Assembly (NCBI GenBank): GCA_951406725.2
Contig: OX597814.1
Location: forward strand, 163,432,001 to 163,496,000
Source: Octopus vulgaris
Lineage: Eukaryota
Length of the DNA: 64,000 nucleotides
Reading direction: 5' to 3'
In this document: positions 55,585 through 64,000 of the stretch, one piece after another
Position numbering within the stretch: the first letter of the stretch is position 1
Layout: the number at the start of each line of letters is the position of its first letter
Notes under the pieces: model-generated
Told to the model about the DNA's origin: nothing
Database searches by the model: none
Seen by the model: the letters and a program-made list of their open reading frames with translations, nothing else
Position numbers and translations under genes: made by a program

Positions 55585-58500
55585 TGCAAGGAAAGGAATG
55601 TAGCGTCAACAGTCAAGGGGTCTGACTGGGATAGGAAGGGTCATCCTCTTTCAGCTTGGGGAACTCACCATAAACAGACGTCAGTGGAGCAAGCTAGCAG
55701 GATTGGTAGTAGCAGCTGCTTACATTAGGTGCGATGTGTAAGGCGCAGCTGGATGGCCAACACACAGAAGGTAAGTGAACCATATCTTATTTCCCTGCAT
55801 TACAGTTCCCTCATACAACAAGCACTCATGTATAAATATATTTCTCCATTGTTGTTGTTCCCCTTCCACAAAATGGCAGTGAAGATAAGGATCAGCAGCG
55901 ATGCTGTCAGACCTTTCTATGGCGAAGGTGTACTGGCCTGGATCCATAAGATCGAGATAGTGGCCAGGCTACAAGGCATTGACAATGTAGCAGGTCTCAT
56001 GGCCCTGTACCTGGAGGGAGTGTGCACTGGTGCTGTACCTCGAGATGGATGAGGAAGACCAATTGAGCATAGTGAAGATTGAGCAGCACTTGAGGGAAGC
56101 CTATACAGAGGGAACATACACTGAGATTGCCAAGCCGGGAATGGTCAGGTGGACAAGGGAACGGGTCGACAAGTATACCATGGAGGTTCAGAGACTAGCC
56201 ATGCTATCTGGTTTTACTGAAGAGGGTCTAGAGAAGGCAACACAACTGGCCTTTGTAAACGGCTTTCCTGATGACATATCGGCACAACTGCAACAACTGC
56301 CAGGCAGCAAGAAAATGGCAATGAGTGAGCTCATTGCTCAAGCACGTATGTCAACACAAAACACCAGGCAGAAGGCAGTGGCGATGGCAGCTGCAGAAGC
56401 TAGTGGCGTAGTGCAATGACTGGTAATGAACAAGGAGAAAAAATTGCCAAGGAGTGACAGCAACCATTCATGGGCTGGTGCTTCAAGTGCCAGTGATCGC
56501 ACATGGCAAGGGCCTGTGCGGAGACGAAGCCCGGACCCATTTGCTACAAATGCAGACAGACTGGGCATATTGCTCAAAATTGCAGCTAGGGAAAAGGCCA
56601 TGGGGAAGCTGCTGCCTCTCAAACTTCACCCACAAGCGAGTAAAGGCACTCATGCAGTCACTGCCCATAGTTGAAGTCTTGGCTGGGGGAAAGGCATTCA
56701 AAGACCTCATGGATACAGGCTGTACGACATCTCTCATGACTCTGAGGGTGATAAAAAAATGGAAGGGGATGAGTAGTGTTCGGTCAGTTGACGGCAACGA
56801 AATTGGATGTAAGGGTAGCAGTGACGTGGAGATAGTGCTGCAGGGCACAATACTGAGGCTGCGGGTGATTATGATTGATCATGAAGTAGACGGAATTGTG
56901 ATGGGGATGGATGTGATCAACTAACTACCTTGGAGGTGTCAGTGTTGGTGGAGACATTTCATTTGGTGGTGCAGGAGTGTCATGCGCTGCAAGTCTGCAA
57001 CAAGAGAGGGAGCAGAACTCTGTGAGGGACTGTACTACTTACACTATTGAGGATAAAGACTTTTTGGCAATGTCTGATGATTAGTGGTGGACGGTAGAAT
57101 TGTGCTGGAAAGGGGAGCCCACCGATGCTGCTACCGGCATACTTCAAAAGGACATGCCAGGAGTGAGTTTGAAGGAGAGGTAGAGAGGTGGATTAAGGAG
57201 AGTGTCCTTATCCTGTGGAAGGGGGAGGTGGTGAGTGGAGTCTACTATTAATGGCAATGGTGCAGCGAACAAAGGGCAAAGTCAGGCCAGGACTGGACTT
57301 TCGGGAGAGGAATGACCATGTATTGTGCCACATGGGCATCGAGGCAATTGACATTTGCAGTGAGATGTTGCACAAATGGAGACAGATGATGATGAGAATG
57401 GCAATGACTGCTGACTTGAAGTTGGCGTACTTTCAGCTCCATGTGAACAAGAAAATGTGGCAGTATCAGCTGGTGTGATATAAGGGCTAGATATAATGTT
57501 TGACTAGGTTGCATTTCAGGCTAAATTCTGTACTGAAGATCATGGCAACAGTGCTCAAGTCTATCCTGGGAAAGGTGGACAGAATAAGAACAGCTACCAA
57601 TTCCTATATCGATGACATCTTCGTAGATGAGACTGTAGTGTCTGTTGCAGAGGTTGTAAGTCATCTAAAGAATTTGGGGCTGATTGTGAAGCTACCAGAG
57701 CCAATGGTTGGAGGAGCTGCACTGAGGCTCAAGCTTCAAAGAGATAAAACAGGACTGTTGGTGTTTCAGAGGGGAAATGAGATCCTGGAACTGGGTACCA
57801 GCATCAGCAGGGGAGAATTATTCTCGATGTATGGGAGACTAGTGGGTCACTACCCAATTGCAGGGTGGCTACAAACAGTGTGCATCAAGAGACAAACAGA
57901 CAGGGCAATCTGGGGGAGACAAAGTGGGTGGCGATGATGCAGGAGATCCTAGAGAGGACAAGAGCAGAAGATCTAGTAAGAGGTAACTGGTACATGCCTA
58001 AATTGGAGAATGCAACTATATGATGTGATGCTAGCAGCATAGCGATAGGGGTTGTACTGGAAATCAGAGGCGTTGAAGTGGAGGATGTGGCTTGGCTTCG
58101 AAAAGCAGGCAATTACAACCACATCAACATAGCTGTGTTGGACACAGTACTGAAGTGGGTGAATCTGGCCCTGAAATGGGGGCTACACTACATCGAAATC
58201 CAAACCGATTCAGCCACCATACTTGGTTGGGTAGGATCAGTGATCACGAATGAAAAGAGGGTTCGAACCAAAGGGGCTGCAGAGATGTTAGTAAAGAGCC
58301 ACATAGGGGTTCTAGGAGAGCTAGCTACTGAATTTGGTTCAAAGCTGAGCATGGTCTTTGTGCCTTCAGAAAGGAACAAGGCAGACACTGTAACCAGGGT
58401 AAAAGGACATGGTGAAAGAGCCAGAAGATTCAAAGCAAGGGATAGCTGCAAAGTGTCGGTTAAGTGACTCAGAACTAAGGAGACTGCATGCCATGCATCA

Positions 58501-58660
58501 TATAGGCATGGATAGAACCATGTATCTTGCCAGGAGGGTTGATGTCAATGTTACTAGACAGAGCATCCAAAAGGTGGTTGGGAACTGTGAAAGGTGTCAA
58601 TCTATTGACCCTACTCCAGATGTGCATGAGCAGAGAAACATCTCAGTAGAGCACAACTGC
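55585..58660 (+). mobile_element. Degraded Gypsy-like LTR retrotransposon (gag-PR-RT-RH-truncated INT)
   Basis: CYKCRQTGHIAQNC zinc knuckle, MDTGC protease, YIDD RT, CDAS RNase H and H..HH...CERC integrase zinc finger, with stops and frameshifts. The 3' end is truncated by a SINE. Confidence 0.9.
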
Positions 58661-58669
58661 TAAGTTACA

Positions 58670-58815
58670 TCCCCATAACTTAGCAGTTCTGCAAAAGAGA
58701 CCAATAAAATAAGTACTAGGCTTAAAAAAAAAGTCCTGGGGTTGATCTGTTTGATTAAATCCCTTCAAAGCAGTGCCCCAGCATGGCCACATGATAGAAA
58801 CATGTAAAAGATAAA
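58670..58815 (+). mobile_element. SINE 3' part
   Basis: Similar to 9680-9830. Confidence 0.7.
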
Positions 58816-58871
58816 ATATATAACATAAAAATAAACAAATGATATATGACAACAAGAATTAATTCACTTAC

Positions 58872-58920
58872 TTTCTTGGAGGCATTGGTCATTTGTACAG
58901 TGTGACTGAGACGTCCGTAA
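58872..58920 (-). CDS. SMIM14: SMIM14 coding exon 2 (LRTSQSHCTNDQCLQE + 1 nt)
   Basis: tttcag acceptor, gtaagt donor, 49 nt. Matches the SMIM14 LRQSQSYCTD.EC motif. Confidence 0.93.
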
Positions 58921-59378
58921 CTGAAATTAAGGTAAATTGCAAAGGTGATATGTAATTTAAATATATATTTTTGCCAATAAAAATTTTTATAAAAGAAATG
59001 TTTATTAAACTGAAGTGAAATGATGTCTTGCAAATTGGTTAAATGACAGGTTGATAGTTTGTCAGTAATAAACTGTGATCTAAGCAAAGGTACTTACATG
59101 CTAATTAGCTATAGTTACAATAGAATTGATATATTTTATGCAGGGAGTGTCAAAAAAAAACAAAAAAAAAAACTACCTATTAATATTGTGAGGTAGTTGT
59201 ACCTTGAGCAAGTGCCTTCCGCTATAGCTCTGGGCCAACCAAAGAATTGGGAGTGAATATGGTGGACAGAAACTGAAAGAAGCCCAGCATGTATGTGTCT
59301 ATATATATGTATATATACATAAATATCAAACAACAAGAATGCATGCTCAACACCACAATGGCGGATAAAATTTCTTTA

Positions 59379-59573
59379 TTTGTGTATTAAGGCTACCATT
59401 GGTTTCATGTTAAAAAAATATCTTTATAATTTTTCAAGCCATTCACATGGAGGAATGGTATTCGTCTCTATTTTGGAGTAGTTTTGTGTTTTCACCCAAA
59501 ATGGAGATGAACACCATTCCTTCATGTGAATGGCTTTCTTAACATGAAACTAATGGTGGCCTCAATACACAAA
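59379..59573. repeat. Imperfect palindrome with a degenerate hammerhead-like motif
   Basis: tgtgtattaaggctaccattggtttcatgttaa is matched by ttaacatgaaactaatggtggcctcaatacaca, and the inner arms also pair. Confidence 0.8.
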
Positions 59574-59631
59574 GATATACATATCTATATCATCATCATC
59601 ATCATTTAACGTCTGTGTTAGCATGGGTGGG

Positions 59632-60042
59632 ACTCTCTTTTACTCTTTTACTTGTTTCAGTCATTTGACTGCGGCCATGCTGGAGCACCACCTTTAGTCG
59701 AGCAAATCGACCCAGGGACTTATTCTTTGTAAGCCCAGTACTTATTCTATCGGTCTCTTTTGCCGAACCGCTAAGTGATGGGGACGTAAACACACCAGCA
59801 TCGGTTGTCAAGCAATGCTAGAGGGACAAACACAGACACACAAACATACACATACATATATATACATATACATATATACGACAGGCTTCTTTCAGTTTCC
59901 GTCTACCAAATCCACTCACAAGGCATTGGTCGGCCCGGGGCTATAGCTGAAGACACTTGCCCAAGATGCCACGCAGTGGGACTGAACCTGGAACCATGTG
60001 GTTGGTTAGCAAACTACTTACCACACAGCCACTCCTGCGCCT
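59632..60042 (-). mobile_element. Full-length tRNA-headed SINE
   Basis: Reverse complement of 9421-9836 with high similarity. Confidence 0.88.
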
Positions 60043-61060
60043 ATATATATATATATATATATATACATACACACATGCACATACACACACATATATATAT
60101 ATGTGTATGTGAGAGAGTGAGTGAGTGTGCACATGCGTGTGTATGCGCATGCGTATGTCTCCTTGTCTTGACATCACATGGTGATTGTAAGTGTCACTGA
60201 CTCCAAGTTGTGTCATTCATTTCCAATATTCTGCAAGAGCATGCCTCATCATGGGGAATATTACCTTTGTTGGAAACAGGTGAGGAATACCAACAGGAAG
60301 GGCATCAGCCCATAAAAAAATCTGCCAAGAATAAACTCTGTCCAACACATGCAAGCATGGAAAAATGGACATTAAACGATGACAATTGACTAATAGTATT
60401 TTATTTAGTTCAGCAAGTATGGGAGACAACTTAGAACATGTTTTGAAATTATTATGACCTCATCAGTGAAGCTTAGATTTCACCATACTTGCCAAAATGA
60501 TAATGGGGTAATCATTAAATCTACAAGAATGTATACTGCTTGAAGCAGGAAACTAGGAATGAGTCTGAATATATTTTCAATTAATTAATTTATCATCATC
60601 ATTATCTTAAACTGTAAATAGAAAACAAAGAGATACAGTTCATTATTGTTAACAGTTAGAGAATTGTATAACTGATGATTCTTTTAACAGTTAATGCTAT
60701 GTTAAAATCTGCATTAAAGAAACATTTTTTCTATAGAGCGGCTTTTAACAACTTAATGATCCTAAAAAGAAGGGATTAAATTATAAATTCCAGAAATGGT
60801 AATAGATAAATGGAAAACACACACACACATGCATAAGCTGAAGCCAATGAGGTAGCCTATAGGTGATTTCTTAACTTGCAAGAAATAACAGCAAAATTTC
60901 ACTTAAGTCTTAATTTCAACATTCAATGGAAATGGTGGAATAAAAATGAAAAGGTAAATTATGTAGTCTGAAAAAGAAAACAAAATTGCCGTGGCTGGAT
61001 TCTCATTGATCATGGTTGACTTGCATCTAAATAGCAACAACAACAAAGCAAAGTATATTA

Positions 61061-61216
<156 letters not shown>

Positions 61217-61239
61217 TTAATTAATTAATAATAATAATG

Positions 61240-61286
<47 letters not shown>

Positions 61287-61287
<1 letters not shown>

Positions 61288-61800
61288 GAGCAAAGACGTG
61301 GCATGAGCAAACCTCAGAAGGTGTCACCAAAAATGAGAACTGCAAAATACTGTGGGATGTAATGATCCAGTGTGATCACCTGACTAGACAGGAAACCGGA
61401 CATTGTTGTGGTGAATGAAAAGAAAGAACATATATGATAATTAACATAACATGCCCCAGTGACAACAGGATCAATGTGAAAGAAGAAGAAAAAATAAACA
61501 ACTATGATGATTTGAAGTGGGAAATACGAAGGTTGTAGTCAATGAGAGGAGTAGACGTGATACAAATAGTAATTGGTGCACTTAGAAGTATTAGCACTCA
61601 ACTACCAACATGGTTGAAAAAAATTGGTTAAAGTGTGAAGGTGGAACACCTACAAAGACCAGCAATGCTCGGAACTACAAGAATTCTTGCAGGGTTCTTG
61701 AAGCATGACCAGTAAAACAAGTGTCACCTTAGTCTGCTAGCTGTGGACAGCTGATATTTTCCATAATACCCAGCAAAATAAGCAGTGAGTTTTCATATAA
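61287..61800 (+). mobile_element. R4/Dong-like LINE 3' end (RLE domain), 5'-truncated, in (TAA)n
   Basis: ENCKILWDVMIQCD...KPDIVV...KINNYDDLKWEI...IVIGAL, with TAA repeats on both sides. Confidence 0.8.
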
Positions 61801-61810
61801 TAATAATAAT

Positions 61811-64000
61811 ATGACCAGGCTAAATGATATGATATATGCAGGAACCTCTGTGGTCACAAAAGAAGCTGGATACCTACTAAAACCCATCCAAACAGGAGCA
61901 TCACCACCCTGTGGCTAAATAATATCCAGAAAAAAATAGAAAATAAGAGAAAGGATCTGTCAATCCTTAATGAAACTAGTAGACAATCAACACTACTAAG
62001 CAATGAGTAGAGAAGAAAATACTAAATAAATACAAAATTACAATACAAGGTATACCTGAGGTAAAAGAACAGCTAAAGCAAGATATCCTCGCCAAAGTAC
62101 AAAGAATTTGCTGGTATGAGAAACGCCAATGTTTCTTTGAACAAAACAAACAGCTCAACTCCAACCCCAAAAGATTCAACCAAGAACTTGACAAAAATAA
62201 AACAGACATCAATGCAGCACCAACAGCAGAAGAAGTGGAGGAATTTTGGAAAGAAATGTGGTCGGCGAAGGAACAACCTCAGAAAAGATCTATTAAAACA
62301 AAAAACACAGCACCTGAACAACTCTGGACCCTTATAATGGTCACCCAGGCACTGCAAAAACTAAGCAACTGGAAGGCACCCGGACATGACAGGATCCCCA
62401 ACTTCTGATTAAAATACCTAACAGGAACATACAAAAAGCTGGCTGAGAAATTTAATGAAATACTAAGCGAACCAGAGACAATGCCTGAATGGCTCACAGA
62501 AGGGAAAACTATTCTAATTCCCAAATCCACTGAAACGGCAAGCCCACAAAATTACAGACCAATAACTTGTCTCCTAACAATTTACAAAGCCTTTACTGCA
62601 ATAATATCACAGAGAATGAGCAAATATCTGGAAGAAAACAACCTGTTTCCAGAAGAGCAAAAGGGATGCTGCAAGAGTTAATACGGCTGTAAAGATCAGC
62701 TACTGATCAATAAAGCCATAACTAAAGACAGCTGCAGTAAGAAGAAGGGTCTAAGTATGGCCTGGATCGATTACCGAAAGGCTTTTGATAGTATTTCTCA
62801 CACATGGATTCTAGAAACATTAGCCATGAACAAGGTAGCACCAATAATCATAAAATATATAAAACATTCCATGAATAAATGGCAGACAGTGCTACAGTGC
62901 TACAAAAGAAGGACTCATAAAAACCAAAGCCATCCCAATTAGAAGAGGAATATTCCAGGGAGACATGCTCTCTCCACTCCTTTTCTACTTGGCACTGACA
63001 CCTTTATCTGATATGCTAAACAGAACTGGATGTGGATACAACTGTTATGGCGAAACAATAAGCCACCTCTTATAATCTAAAACTGTATGCTACAAATGAC
63101 AAACAGCTGGAAACATTACTACAGGCAGTACATAGATTTACCAAAGAAATAACACAAAATTTGGCTTAGAAAAATGTCCCAAAGGAACCTTGAAAAGAGG
63201 AAAACTAGTTAAGAGTAGCAACATCACACTAGATAAAGCAAATGAAATAAGAGAATTAGGCCAAAGCCAGACATACAAATACTTAGGAATCAATGAACTA
63301 GATATAATACAACACAAACAAATTAAAGAGAAGATAAGAAAAGAATACTATAGACGAGTTAGATTAATACTGAAAACAGAGCTCAATGCGAAAAACAGGA
63401 TATTAGGTATCAACACTCTAACCATCTCAGTAATAAGTTAAAGCTACAATATTCTTAACTGGACTCTAAATGAGCTAATCAAAATAGACAGGAAAACAAT
63501 TAAAATAATGACAGGATTTAGGATGCACCACCCAAAATCTGACATAGAAAGATTATATATACAATGTATTAAAGGTGTTAGAGGTCTTATACAGCTAGAA
63601 AACTATTACAAAATAATCACCATATATACTTCAGAAGCAAGGAAAACTAATACAAATAGCCACAAAACACGAAGAAAAAAAAACAAAAGCTGTAAAACAA
63701 CTGAAATCCAAACTAAAACTGGAACAGCAATGGATCATGATAAAACAATGGCAAGAAAATCCCCTTCATGATAAATACTTGGTTAAATTACACAGAAAAG
63801 AAATAGACAAAGCAAAATCTCCACTGACTGAGAAGCTCAGGACTCAAAGCAAGGACTAAATGGTTTTTAATTGTAGTACAAGATCAAAGCCTTCCCACCA
63901 GAAATCATCAAAAGCACGCAATGAAAAGAAATACAAGTAACTGCAGAATATGTAGAGATGGAGAAGAAACAATAACTCATATTGTCGCTGGCTGCCCAGT
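61811..64000 (+). mobile_element. R4/Dong-like LINE, degraded RT, running off the window
   Basis: KAPGHDRI, NYRPITCL, AWIDYRKAFDSI, RGIFQGD.LSP, YKYLG and CRIC...ETITHIVAGCP motifs. Confidence 0.88.

Overview
AT-rich, microsatellite-dense eukaryotic DNA. The tRNA-headed SINEs, Nin-domain SINEs and RTE-tail repeats point to an octopod cephalopod (Octopus-like); that assignment is inferred from repeat recognition only. One host gene can be reconstructed: a 102-aa SMIM14 orthologue on the minus strand, in four coding exons (61180-61106, 58920-58872, 51140-50992, 46564-46529). The rest is mostly decayed transposons: two mariner remnants, a CRE-like non-LTR element, a hAT transposase and two hAT MITEs, RTE, CR1 and R4/Dong LINEs, several Penelope-like elements (PLEs), non-autonomous Helitrons, a Gypsy-like LTR element and many SINEs. 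The most notable structures are near-perfect DNA palindromes carrying minimal type I hammerhead ribozymes, a complex direct and inverted duplication spanning about 16.9-37 kb with a patchwork junction, inverted SINE pairs bracketing SMIM14 exons, and an intronic tandem array built from a retroposon 3' end. No clearly novel protein-coding system was found. Most repeat boundaries are read by eye and approximate.
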